Assembly: GCA_041650935.1 (NCBI GenBank) | Contig: JBAZKH010000009.1 | Span: 1 to 62,945, forward strand | Length of the DNA stretch: 62,945 bases | Direction of reading: 5' to 3' | Origin: Candidatus Omnitrophota bacterium | Lineage (GTDB): Bacteria; Omnitrophota; Gorgyraeia; 2-01-FULL-45-10 | Shown here: piece after piece, positions 1 to 9,141 of the stretch | Layout: each line of letters starts with the position of its first letter | Position numbering within the stretch: position 1 is the stretch's first letter | The notes under the pieces: model-generated | Seen by the model: the letters and a program-made list of their open reading frames with translations, nothing else | Told to the model about the DNA's origin: nothing | The model's database searches: none | Position numbers and translations under genes: made by a program

Positions 1-223
1 TGGCGAATGGTACTTGTGCGGTGCACAGCACCTGAGCTATTGCATGACAGCTGGCGAATGGTACTTGTGCGGTGCACAGCACCTGAGCTATTGCATGACA
101 GCTGGCGAATGGTACTTGTGCGGTGCACAGCACCTGAGCTATTGCATGACAGCTGGCGAATGGTGCTTGTGCGGTGCACAGCACCTGAGCTATTGCATGA
201 CAGCTGGCGAATGGTGCTTGTGC
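1..223. repeat. 51-bp tandem repeat (4 full copies plus a 19-bp partial copy), truncated by the window edge
   Basis: Unit tggcgaatggtacttgtgcggtgcacagcacctgagctattgcatgacagc starts at 1, 52, 103, 154 and 205. Copies 4-5 carry one A>G change (ggtActt>ggtGctt). There are no unique spacers between copies. Confidence 0.95.
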
Positions 224-301
224 AAAATAAATAGCCAGCAAGCGCAAGCTTGCTTCGCAAGCCTGGACGAAGGACCTCCTTTAAAAAGACACTAACTTAC
301 T

Positions 302-1405
302 ATGGCCAGCATCTTAATTAAAAACGGCACGATAGTTTTACCAGACGCTCTTTTAGAGAATTCGTACGTCCTGATCGACGGAAATAAGATCGCCGCGGTC
401 GGTAAGGGAATGCGCCATCCGAGGGGTACTATATCTGTCGATGCCGGCGGCGCCTATATCTCGCCCGGTTTCATAGATACACACATCCACGGCTCGCCTG
501 CAGAGATATTCAATAATGAAATACGGTCCGGAACGACCTCGATAGTCATTGCCGAGTCCTGCGCTTCTCTAGATGAGATATACGGCAAAGCGCGCCAGAT
601 AGAACGGTTTGTAAGAGACAGCGCGTTCGGGCACAATGTGCTGGGGTTGAGGCTCGAAGGGCCGTATATTAATAAAAAAAAGGCGGGTGCCCAGGACAGG
701 CGTTATATAAGGAAACCTAACAGAAAAGAGATGCTGGAGATGCTGAAAAAATGCGGGCATCTCTTAAAGATGATTACTATAGCGCCGGAGATAGACGGCG
801 CTATACCTATAATAAAACTGCTCGGGCCGCACGGCGTCATAGCTTCCATGGGTCATACCAACGCGACGTATGAAGAGGCCGCCGCCGGTATCACCGCCGG
901 GATAAGACACGCGACGCACATATTCAACGCTATGCGCGGCCCGGAGAGAGGTGAATCTGGGGCGAGTTCGGCTGCCCTGCTCGAAGAGGCGGTGATGGCG
1001 GAGATCGTGCTGGACTTCATCCATGTCCCCAGAGAGCTTTTCGATCTCCTGATAAAGGTCAAGGGTACACAGAGAACTATATTAGTTACGGATTCGGTCC
1101 GGGCCGAGAGACGCCCGGGCGTAGAGAAGCGGGACGGTACTTACAAATTTAGAGACGGTACCATCGCCGGGTCGGCCCTGACGATGATCGGAGCTCTGAA
1201 ACACAGTGTCAAAACATGCGGGCTGGAACTGGTGGATGCCGCGAGGATGCTTACGATCAATCCCGCCCGGCTCTTTGGCGCCGAGAGAAGAAAAGGCAGG
1301 ATAGCCGCCGGGATGGATGCGGACATCGTCTTATTCGACGAGGATTTCGATGTTAAGATAACGATCTTAAACGGTGAAATAGCTTATAGAAAAAAAGGTT
1401 CATGA
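302..1405 (+). CDS. nagA: N-acetylglucosamine-6-phosphate deacetylase
   Basis: 367-aa ORF with an amidohydrolase fold. Motifs GFIDTHIHG, LEGPYI and HATHIFNAM are typical of NagA. Confidence 0.9.
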   Translation: MASILIKNGTIVLPDALLENSYVLIDGNKIAAVGKGMRHPRGTISVDAGGAYISPGFIDTHIHGSPAEIFNNEIRSGTTSIVIAESCASLDEIYGKARQIERFVRDSAFGHNVLGLRLEGPYINKKKAGAQDRRYIRKPNRKEMLEMLKKCGHLLKMITIAPEIDGAIPIIKLLGPHGVIASMGHTNATYEEAAAGITAGIRHATHIFNAMRGPERGESGASSAALLEEAVMAEIVLDFIHVPRELFDLLIKVKGTQRTILVTDSVRAERRPGVEKRDGTYKFRDGTIAGSALTMIGALKHSVKTCGLELVDAARMLTINPARLFGAERRKGRIAAGMDADIVLFDEDFDVKITILNGEIAYRKKGS

Positions 1406-1418
1406 AAGAGGTACTGCG

Positions 1419-3278
1419 ATGTGCGGGATAGTCGGATACATAGGGAATAAAAGAGCCCAGGATGTCCTACTCAAAGGTTTGAGCAGGCTCGAATACAGGG
1501 GCTATGACTCCGCGGGCGTTGCCATACTGGACGGCCGCAGGATAAATCTCGTGAAGCGGCAGGGCAAACTTCGCATGTTGGACGATGCCCTGAAGAACGA
1601 CCCGGCAAAGGGCGTCGTGGGCATAGGCCACACGCGCTGGGCGACTCACGGCGTGCCGAACGATATAAATGCGCACCCGCACCTGGACTGCACGGGCAAA
1701 ATAGCGATTGTCCATAACGGCATAATAGAAAACTATCTTGAGCTCAAAAAAACACTGGCGAAAGAAGGCCACAAATTTGTCTCGGAGACAGATACCGAGA
1801 TCATAGCGCACCTCATCGAGAAAAATTATAAAGGCGCGCTCGAAACGGCGGTTCTCAAAACCGTTAAATTACTCAAAGGCTCTTACGCCATTGCCGCTGT
1901 GCATGTAAACGAGCCCGATAGGATAGTGGGCGCCAGATGCGATTCGCCGCTCGTCATCGGGGTCGGGAACGGTGAAAATTTCCTTGCGAGCGACGTGCCG
2001 GCCCTTCTGGACTACACCAAGAACGTCATATACCTCAATAACCAGGAAGTTATAACTATAACGAAGACGTCCGTAACGGTGAAAGATTATAACGGCCGTG
2101 TTATACCGAAGAAACCGTCCAGGATAACCTGGGACATAAAACAGGCCGAGAAGGCGGGCCATAGCCATTTTATGCTGAAAGAGATATATGAACAGGGTTC
2201 GGTCCTGGACGATATCCTCGATGAGAGATTGCATAAAGGGAAGATAAAATTCGACGAACTGAAGATAAAAGACGGGGACCTCAAACATTTTAAGAAGATC
2301 GCAATAGTTGCATGCGGCACCGCTTATCATGCGGGGCTAGCCGGCAAATACATGATCGAGGAATATGCCAGGGTACCGTGCTGGGTGGATACGTCGAGCG
2401 AATTCCGCTACCGCGACCCCATCGTGGACAAAGACACGCTCGTCATAATAATTTCGCAGTCGGGGGAGACCGCCGATTCGCTCGCCGCGCTGCGGGAGGC
2501 GCGGCGGAAGGGCGCCAGGACCCTCGGCATCTGTAATGTTGTCGGCAGTTCCATAGCAAGAGAGGCCGACGGCGTTATCTATACTCACGCCGGCCCCGAG
2601 ATCGCCGTTGCCTCGACGAAAGCCTACACGGCGCAATTGGCAATCCTCTACCTGGTCACTCTTTACCTGGGCAGGCTGAGGCGGACGATAACCCCCGGCC
2701 GGTTCGAGAAAATCATAAAGGAATTCAAGCGGGCCCCGGCTCTTATGAACGAGCTCATAGACGAATACAGATCCGACTATAATAATATAGCCGCGTATGC
2801 CGGCGAATTCAAAAAGTACTATTTCGAGAAACATAATAAGTCGCATTTCCTATATCTGGGGCGCAATATAAATTATCCGAATGCCTTAGAAGGGGCGTTG
2901 AAGTTGAAAGAGATATCGTATATAAGCGCCGAAGGATACGCCGCAGGCGAGATGAAGCACGGCCCGATCGCGCTCATAGACGAGAACCCGTGGGTCGTCT
3001 GCATAGCCGTGCAGGCAAAGACCTACGACAAGATGCTCTCCAATATCCAGGAGATAAAAGCGCGCGGCGGCATCATAATAGCGATAGTGACCGAGGGCGA
3101 CCGGGAGATAATGCATCACAACGTCAATTATGTCATAGAGCTGCCTAAGATAGACGAGCTCTTCTCGCCGCTGCTCGTCGTAATACCGTTACAGCTCCTG
3201 GCTTACTATGTGGCTAAGAAGTTCGGATACGACATCGACCAGCCGCGGAATTTAGCCAAGTCAGTGACAGTAGAATAG
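1419..3278 (+). CDS. glmS: glutamine--fructose-6-phosphate aminotransferase (isomerizing)
   Basis: 619 aa. It has the N-terminal MCGIVGY Ntn-amidotransferase cysteine, two SIS domains and a C-terminal KSVTVE. It starts 13 nt after nagA. Confidence 0.97.
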   Translation: MCGIVGYIGNKRAQDVLLKGLSRLEYRGYDSAGVAILDGRRINLVKRQGKLRMLDDALKNDPAKGVVGIGHTRWATHGVPNDINAHPHLDCTGKIAIVHNGIIENYLELKKTLAKEGHKFVSETDTEIIAHLIEKNYKGALETAVLKTVKLLKGSYAIAAVHVNEPDRIVGARCDSPLVIGVGNGENFLASDVPALLDYTKNVIYLNNQEVITITKTSVTVKDYNGRVIPKKPSRITWDIKQAEKAGHSHFMLKEIYEQGSVLDDILDERLHKGKIKFDELKIKDGDLKHFKKIAIVACGTAYHAGLAGKYMIEEYARVPCWVDTSSEFRYRDPIVDKDTLVIIISQSGETADSLAALREARRKGARTLGICNVVGSSIAREADGVIYTHAGPEIAVASTKAYTAQLAILYLVTLYLGRLRRTITPGRFEKIIKEFKRAPALMNELIDEYRSDYNNIAAYAGEFKKYYFEKHNKSHFLYLGRNINYPNALEGALKLKEISYISAEGYAAGEMKHGPIALIDENPWVVCIAVQAKTYDKMLSNIQEIKARGGIIIAIVTEGDREIMHHNVNYVIELPKIDELFSPLLVVIPLQLLAYYVAKKFGYDIDQPRNLAKSVTVE

Positions 3279-3292
3279 CGGGAAATAATATG

Positions 3293-3387
3293 ATAGACCG
3301 TAGACTGCAGACTATAGACCGTAGACCACAAAAATTTTCAGAGAAAATTTGTGGTCTTCGGTCTTCGGTCTCTGGTCTACGGTCTTA
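3293..3387. repeat. 95-bp palindrome built from 5 + 5 heptamer repeats
   Basis: Left arm atagacc|gtagact|gcagact|atagacc|gtagacc (3293-3327). Spacer acaaaaattttcagagaaaatttgt (3328-3352), itself palindromic. Right arm ggtcttc|ggtcttc|ggtctct|ggtctac|ggtctta (3353-3387), the complement of the left heptamers. Confidence 0.9.
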
Positions 3388-3396
3388 GAGCTTCTC

Positions 3397-4059
3397 ATGT
3401 CCGGCATATTATACGTCGTCTCCACACCCATAGGCAATCTCGACGATATTACACTTAGAGCGATCGAGACCCTTAAAACAGCCGGCCTCATCGCTGCCGA
3501 GGATACCCGTCATACGCGGATACTCCTCGACAGATACGACATAAAGGCCATCGTAACGAGCTACTTCGAATATAACAAGATCCAAAAGACGGAATATCTT
3601 ATAAAGGTTTTGAAAGAAGGCAAGTCCGTCGCGCTTGTCTCCGATGCCGGCACGCCCGGCATATCGGATCCCGGCTACAAAATTATCAGAGCCTGTATCG
3701 ATAATAACATCCCGGTCGTCCCGATCCCGGGCCCGTCGGGGATTGTGACGGCCCTCACCATCTCCGGCAAACCTACGGACAAATTCACCTTCGAGGGCTT
3801 CCTATCGAACAAGGGCCAGAAGAGGCAGAACCAGCTTAAGAAGCTGAAAGACGAAGGCAGGACTATCGTCCTATACGAGTCCCCGCACAGGATACTGAAA
3901 TTGCTCGAGGACATACTGGGGGTCTATGGTGACGTCGAGATAGCGCTTGCAAGGGAACTTACCAAGAAATTCGAAGAAGTCCGCCGGGAAAAGGTGTCGG
4001 ACGCGATCGCGCATTTTACCACCCATCCGCCAAAAGGCGAATTTATTGTCATAGTCTGA
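3397..4059 (+). CDS. rsmI: 16S rRNA (cytidine1402-2'-O)-methyltransferase
   Basis: Motifs LYVVSTPIGNLDDIT, AEDTRHT and GISDPG indicate the tetrapyrrole-methylase fold. I moved the start from the track's 3349 to ATG 3397 because 3349-3396 lies inside the heptamer palindrome. Confidence 0.9.
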   Translation: MSGILYVVSTPIGNLDDITLRAIETLKTAGLIAAEDTRHTRILLDRYDIKAIVTSYFEYNKIQKTEYLIKVLKEGKSVALVSDAGTPGISDPGYKIIRACIDNNIPVVPIPGPSGIVTALTISGKPTDKFTFEGFLSNKGQKRQNQLKKLKDEGRTIVLYESPHRILKLLEDILGVYGDVEIALARELTKKFEEVRREKVSDAIAHFTTHPPKGEFIVIV

Positions 4060-4069
4060 AGGGAAGTGC

Positions 4070-4873
4070 ATGAATAGACAGACGATAGTAGAGCCGGGGT
4101 TATATTCGCGGGACTATTTTTTAGGCGATAACGAAGGGTTCAAGGAGTACTTCGCGGGCCTGGACAAAAATATGCACGCGAAGTTTGCGCTTGCCCTGAG
4201 ATATGGCAGGCCATTTGCGGGCAGTACGGTTCTCGATATTGGCTGCGGCCGGGGCGAATTGATATACTATTGCGCAAAACTGGGCGCCAGGACGCTGGGC
4301 ATAGATTACAGTAAAGACGCCATAGATATTGCCAATGGCACCATAGAAAAACTTCCCATAGATTTACGCCGCCTTGCCCGCGCGGAGGCGGGGGATCCCG
4401 TCACATATGATTTCAAAGAGCGCTATGACGTGGTATTTATGATAGAGATAGCGGAGCATATGTATGATTGGCAGTTAGAAGCCGCATTCAAAAAGATAAA
4501 AGAGATATTGAAACCCGGCGGCCGGCTGGTGATAGAAACACCTAATTATTACTACGAAAAATACCTTTCGCCTATAAAGAGGATACTGAATATACCGCTT
4601 GGACTCATAAAATGGCCCTTCAGGATATTGAAAGGTAGATACGCAAACGGCGGCGCTATAACGGGTTTGAAGAAAATCTTCAGGATAATACCCGACCGGG
4701 GCGAGCTTAACAGGCGTATGCATGTGAATGTCACGACGCCCGGTAAATTAAAGAGGCTGTTATCCGGGTTCAACGTCAGGATCAAATGCGAAGACGACTC
4801 TAAGAATATAGCGAGTCTTATAGCGGGCAGGTGGTGCGGCAGGGAGATAGTCGTCGTCGCATCCAAAGAATAG
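4070..4873 (+). CDS. class I SAM-dependent methyltransferase (substrate unknown)
   Basis: 267 aa with SAM-binding motif I (VLDIGCGRGE) and a downstream acidic loop. Confidence 0.8.
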   Translation: MNRQTIVEPGLYSRDYFLGDNEGFKEYFAGLDKNMHAKFALALRYGRPFAGSTVLDIGCGRGELIYYCAKLGARTLGIDYSKDAIDIANGTIEKLPIDLRRLARAEAGDPVTYDFKERYDVVFMIEIAEHMYDWQLEAAFKKIKEILKPGGRLVIETPNYYYEKYLSPIKRILNIPLGLIKWPFRILKGRYANGGAITGLKKIFRIIPDRGELNRRMHVNVTTPGKLKRLLSGFNVRIKCEDDSKNIASLIAGRWCGREIVVVASKE

Positions 4874-4883
4874 AAGATTTTGA

Positions 4884-4912
4884 TTGACAAACGACGTCGG
4901 GCGTGGTAAAAT
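4884..4912 (+). promoter_or_regulatory. sigma-70-type promoter of the pyr operon
   Basis: TTGACA (4884-4889), an exact 17-nt spacer, then TAAAAT (4907-4912). Confidence 0.7.
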
Positions 4913-4934
4913 CACCGCAATTGAAGTTAAACAA

Positions 4935-4969
4935 CCTTTTAAAGACCGGTCCCGAGAGGCCGGAAAAGG
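4935..4969 (+). promoter_or_regulatory. PyrR-binding stem-loop in the pyr leader
   Basis: ccttttaaagaCCGGTCCCGAGAGGCCGGaaaagg. The loop GGUCCCGAGAGGCC matches the PyrR box consensus (R-UCC-A/C-GAGAGG-Y). The stems are cctttt/aaaagg and ccgg/ccgg. Confidence 0.75.
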
Positions 4970-4977
4970 AGAGTGAA

Positions 4978-5055
4978 ATGAAAGATGCGGCCCACTTATC
5001 TATCATAGAAGATGAGCGGGTCTTTTTTATTGCCGAGGTGAGAGATGACGCTTAA
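4978..5055 (+). CDS. candidate 25-codon pyr leader peptide ([25 protein letters not shown])
   Basis: ATG lies 5 nt after a GGAGAG Shine-Dalgarno that forms part of the 3' arm of the PyrR hairpin. The ORF reads through the attenuator terminator and ends 11 nt inside pyrR, in another frame. Confidence 0.35.
   Translation: MKDAAHLSIIEDERVFFIAEVRDDA
4991..5028 (+). terminator. intrinsic terminator (pyr attenuator)
   Basis: Stem cccacttatc / gatgagcggg (one mismatch, one G-U), followed by tctttttt, 17 nt before the pyrR ATG. Confidence 0.75.
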
Positions 5056-5593
5056 GGAAAAATCGCGGATACTGGAAAGAGACGATATCGACAGGGTGCT
5101 TCAGCGGATAGCCCATGAGATAATCGAGAAGGTTAAAACTGCGGATCAGATTGCGATAGTGGGCATAAAAAACCGCGGGGCGTACCTTGCCGCGCGGCTC
5201 GCCTCCAAGATAGAGAAGATGACAGGATCCTGTGTGCCGGTGGGCGCGCTCGACATCACTCTATACCGGGACGACCTCACGGAGGCGTCCAGCCAGCCCG
5301 TCGTCCATGCTACCGAGATAGTTTTCGATATCGACGGGAAGAAGATCGTACTGGTCGATGATGTCCTCTACACCGGCAGGACGATACGCTGTGCGCTAGA
5401 TGCGCTTATAGACCTGGGCAGGCCCGCCCAGATACAGTTGGCCGTCCTGATAGACCGCGGCCACAGGGAACTTCCCATAAGGGCCGACTATGTCGGTAAG
5501 AACGTGCCGACGTCGGCAAAAGAGGTCGTCGAAGTCAGGTTGTCGGAATCGGACGGTAAAGACGAAGTTGTATTGTGCGAAAAGGAAGATTAA
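5045..5593 (+). CDS. pyrR: bifunctional pyrimidine operon regulator / uracil phosphoribosyltransferase
   Basis: 182 aa with PRTase motif [12 protein letters not shown]. It follows a PyrR-box leader. Confidence 0.95.
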   Translation: MTLKEKSRILERDDIDRVLQRIAHEIIEKVKTADQIAIVGIKNRGAYLAARLASKIEKMTGSCVPVGALDITLYRDDLTEASSQPVVHATEIVFDIDGKKIVLVDDVLYTGRTIRCALDALIDLGRPAQIQLAVLIDRGHRELPIRADYVGKNVPTSAKEVVEVRLSESDGKDEVVLCEKED

Positions 5594-5596
5594 ATA

Positions 5597-6583
5597 ATGC
5601 CGGATAAGAAGACGATCTGGACAAAGAAGGATCTCCTGGGACTCGAGTATCTTTCGAAAGAAGAGATAGAGCTGATACTATATACTGCCGAAAGCTTCAA
5701 AGAGGTCACGACCCGGCAGATAAAGAAAGTCCCCGCCCTGCGCGGCAAGACGGTGATGAACCTTTTCTACGAACCGTCGACGAGGACGCGCACATCGTTC
5801 GAGCTTGCGGCAAAACGCCTCTCGGCGGACGTCGTCAATATAGAGATAGAGGCATCGAGCGTAAAGAAGGGCGAGACGCTGATAGATACAGGCCGCAACA
5901 TAGAGGCCCTGAAGATAGATATAATAGTCGTGCGCCACAGCGCAAGCGGTGCGCCGAATATACTGGCGCGCAACGTGAAGTCGCGGGTGGTCAATGCCGG
6001 CGACGGCTGGCACGAACATCCCACCCAGGCGCTCCTCGATATGTTCACGCTCAAATCGAAGTTGGGCAGGATCGAGGGGTTGAAGGTGAGCATAATAGGC
6101 GACATAGCCCATTCCCGAGTGGCGCGGTCGAACATCTGGGGCCTGACGAAACTTGGAGCGCTGGTAACCGTATGCGCCCCGCCTCTTCTTATCCCCGACG
6201 GCATAGAACGGATGGGCGTAAAGGTGACGGGCGATATAAACGAGGCTCTCGCGGATGCCGACGCGATAAACGTCCTGCGCATGCAGTTCGAACGCGACGG
6301 CGCGCTTGCTTTCCCGTCGAAACTAGAGTACTTCAAGCAGTACGGCATAACGGCCGAAAGGCTGAAGCAGTGCAAAAAAGATATAGTCATAATGCACCCC
6401 GGCCCGATCAATAGGGGCGTCGAGATGTCGAGCGAAGTCGCGGACGGCCGGAATTCGGTCATACTGGAGCAGGTCACAAACGGCATAGCGGTCCGTATGG
6501 CGGTGTTATACCTTGTCTCGTATGCGAAAGATCCCGCACCTTCTAAGGAGACGATGAGGGTAGGCGAAGGAGGGGCGGGATGA
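5597..6583 (+). CDS. pyrB: aspartate carbamoyltransferase catalytic subunit
   Basis: STRTR and HPTQ carbamoyl-phosphate/aspartate binding motifs. It starts 3 nt after pyrR. Confidence 0.97.
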   Translation: MPDKKTIWTKKDLLGLEYLSKEEIELILYTAESFKEVTTRQIKKVPALRGKTVMNLFYEPSTRTRTSFELAAKRLSADVVNIEIEASSVKKGETLIDTGRNIEALKIDIIVVRHSASGAPNILARNVKSRVVNAGDGWHEHPTQALLDMFTLKSKLGRIEGLKVSIIGDIAHSRVARSNIWGLTKLGALVTVCAPPLLIPDGIERMGVKVTGDINEALADADAINVLRMQFERDGALAFPSKLEYFKQYGITAERLKQCKKDIVIMHPGPINRGVEMSSEVADGRNSVILEQVTNGIAVRMAVLYLVSYAKDPAPSKETMRVGEGGAG

Positions 6584-7872
6584 GCAAGAGTTATCTGATA
6601 AAAGGCGGGAGGGTGATCGACCCCCTAAATAAAAGAGACGGTATCCTCGATATCTTCATATCCGGCGGACGGATCGAGGCGATCGGCAAAGATTTGGGCC
6701 AACGGGCCGACGAGACGATAGATGGCAAAGGCAGGATCGTGGCCCCGGGGCTCGTCGACATGCATGTCCACTTAAGAGAGCCGGGCCGCGAAGACGAAGA
6801 GACGGTCCTGACCGGCTCGAGGGCCGCCGTCCGGGGCGGCTTTACGAGCGTCTTATGTATGCCGAATACCGATCCCGCAATCGACAACCCCGCCGCTGCA
6901 AAGTCACTGAAGGCTATCATAACAAAAGACGCGGCATGTAGCGTACTTATAGCCGGCGCCGCGACTTTAGCTAGAGCGGGCGGTAAACTTACGGATTTCG
7001 AAAGACTGAAAAAAGAGGGTGTCATCGCCGTCTCCGACGACGGATCGCCCATACAGAATAAAGATATTATGCGAGAAGCGCTCGAACACGCAAAAACCGC
7101 CGGGCTTATTCTTATTGAGCATTGCGAAGACCTCGGGCTTTCATCCGGCGGCGTTATGAATAAGGGTTTTATCTCGACAAAGGCGGGTTTAAAAGGCATA
7201 AGCACAAAATCCGAATATGAAGCTATAGGGCGCAATCTGGAGCTTGCGAAAAAGCTGGATGCGCGCATACACATAGCGCACGTAAGCTGCGGGGAATCGG
7301 TCGATCTCATCCGCAAGGCAAAGCGGGCAGGTGTCAAGGTTACCGCGGAGACAGCCCCGCACTACTTCGTCTTAACCGACGAATGCTGCGCTGCCTACGA
7401 CACGAATACCAAGATGAACCCGCCGCTCAGGACAAAAAAGGATGTGGCGGCAATAAGAGCGGGACTCGCCGACGGCACGATCGACGCGATAGCGAGCGAC
7501 CACGCCCCGCACACCGACGCGGAGAAAGACGTCGAATTCGACTACGCGCCTTTCGGGATAACGGGCCTCGAGACGATGCTCTCGCTTGCTGTAACAGAGC
7601 TCGTCGAAAAATCAGTGCTATCATGGAGCGAACTCATACTTAAACTGTCTGCAAATCCTGCCGCGATACTGGGCCTGGAACGGGGCAGTCTTAAGGAGGG
7701 CGGCCCTGCGGACGTGACGATAATAGACCCGGATAAAAAGTACGTATTCAGGAAAGATTCGATAGAATCGAAATCGAAGAATTCACCGTTCATAGATTGG
7801 GAGCTTAAGGGTAAGGCGACAGACGTCTTCGTGAACGGCAAACATGTAATGAAGGATGAACTGATACTATAG
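6580..7872 (+). CDS. pyrC: dihydroorotase
   Basis: DMHVHLREPG metal site and an amidohydrolase fold. It overlaps pyrB by 4 nt. Confidence 0.93.
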   Translation: MSKSYLIKGGRVIDPLNKRDGILDIFISGGRIEAIGKDLGQRADETIDGKGRIVAPGLVDMHVHLREPGREDEETVLTGSRAAVRGGFTSVLCMPNTDPAIDNPAAAKSLKAIITKDAACSVLIAGAATLARAGGKLTDFERLKKEGVIAVSDDGSPIQNKDIMREALEHAKTAGLILIEHCEDLGLSSGGVMNKGFISTKAGLKGISTKSEYEAIGRNLELAKKLDARIHIAHVSCGESVDLIRKAKRAGVKVTAETAPHYFVLTDECCAAYDTNTKMNPPLRTKKDVAAIRAGLADGTIDAIASDHAPHTDAEKDVEFDYAPFGITGLETMLSLAVTELVEKSVLSWSELILKLSANPAAILGLERGSLKEGGPADVTIIDPDKKYVFRKDSIESKSKNSPFIDWELKGKATDVFVNGKHVMKDELIL

Positions 7873-7875
7873 CAT

Positions 7876-9111
7876 ATGCCATTTATCGCCGACTTCCATA
7901 TCCATTCTAAATACTCGCGCGCGACCGCAAAGGATATGGACTTGGCCGCCCTTGCAAAATGGGCGAAGATAAAAGGCATATCTATGCTCGGAACGGGCGA
8001 CTTTACTCATCCCGTCTGGCTCTCGGAACTTAGGACGAAACTGCAAAAGACGGACGCGCCGGGTGTATACAGGTACGACGGCGTAGATTTTATCCTCACC
8101 GTCGAGGTCTCAAACATATATTTCAAAGCCGGCAGGACGAGGAAGGTCCATAATATAATATTTGCACCCACCCTCGAAACGGCGGAAGAGATAGGGCGGG
8201 CTCTCTCCGAGTACGGAGAGCTTTCATCGGACGGCAGGCCCATCCTTAGCGCAGAATGCGACAGGATGGTAAAATTGCTTACGCGCATAGACCCGAAAAT
8301 ATTCTTCGTCCCGGGCCATGCCTGGACGCCGCACTTTAGCATGTTCGGCTCGAATTCGGGGTTCGATTCGCCGGAAGAGTGTTTTGAAGACCAGACCGCA
8401 AAGATATGTTCGATAGAGACGGGGCTTTCCAGCGATCCCGCCATGAACTGGCGCTGGTCGAAACTGGACCGGTTCTGCCTGATGTCGAACTCGGACGCGC
8501 ATTCGCCGTCTAAGATAGGCCGCGAAGCGAACGTATTCGAAGATAAAATAGATTATAACGACCTCCTCGGGATATTGAAGACCAGGAATAAGGAGCGTCT
8601 TCTCTATACGATAGAATTCTTTCCGGAGGAGGGCAAGTACCACTGGGACGGCCACAGGAATTGTAAGACTCGTCTTTCGCCGCGGGAGGCGATGAAGACA
8701 AATAACATTTGCCCGGTCTGCGGAAAGAAGGTTACAATAGGAGTTATGCACCGGCTCGAAGGCCTGGCCGATAGAGACGAGGGGTATATCGACAGGACGA
8801 GCCCGTCTTTTAAGCGTGTGGTACCGCTTGCGGAAGTGATCGGGGAGGCATTTGAAGTAGGCGCCGATTCGGTAAGGGTAGAGCGGGAATACTTCCGGCT
8901 CATAAAGAATTTTGGTACAGAGTTCCGCATCCTGCTCGAGATGAGCGCGAAGGATCTTAAAGAGAGTCTGCCCGAGAGGATCGCGCAGGGCATACTCAAC
9001 GTACGCGGAGGCAATATCGAAATAACGCCCGGATATGACGGTGAATACGGCAAGGTGAAGGTTTTCCGGGAAGGGGAGAAGCCGAAAGATAAACAGCTCA
9101 GCTTTTTCTAG
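7876..9111 (+). CDS. endonuclease Q-like PHP-domain nuclease
   Basis: 411 aa. It has an N-terminal ADFHIHSKYSRA PHP metal site, an SNSDAHSPSKIGREANVF block, a CPVCGKK zinc finger, PLAEVIG, FGTEFRILL and a C-terminal PGYDGEYGKV. I recognise this combination from archaeal and Bacillus EndoQ. Confidence 0.8.
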   Translation: MPFIADFHIHSKYSRATAKDMDLAALAKWAKIKGISMLGTGDFTHPVWLSELRTKLQKTDAPGVYRYDGVDFILTVEVSNIYFKAGRTRKVHNIIFAPTLETAEEIGRALSEYGELSSDGRPILSAECDRMVKLLTRIDPKIFFVPGHAWTPHFSMFGSNSGFDSPEECFEDQTAKICSIETGLSSDPAMNWRWSKLDRFCLMSNSDAHSPSKIGREANVFEDKIDYNDLLGILKTRNKERLLYTIEFFPEEGKYHWDGHRNCKTRLSPREAMKTNNICPVCGKKVTIGVMHRLEGLADRDEGYIDRTSPSFKRVVPLAEVIGEAFEVGADSVRVEREYFRLIKNFGTEFRILLEMSAKDLKESLPERIAQGILNVRGGNIEITPGYDGEYGKVKVFREGEKPKDKQLSFF

Positions 9112-9141
9112 TGTATAGTGATTAGTGGATAGGAAAGATAG

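Noticed and set aside
1-223. Possible CRISPR array at the window start
   Set aside because: The whole 51-bp unit repeats head to tail with no unique spacers, and no cas genes are nearby. It is a tandem repeat.
1406-1418. glmS ribozyme upstream of glmS
   Set aside because: Only 13 nt separate nagA and glmS, which leaves no room for the ribozyme of about 170 nt.
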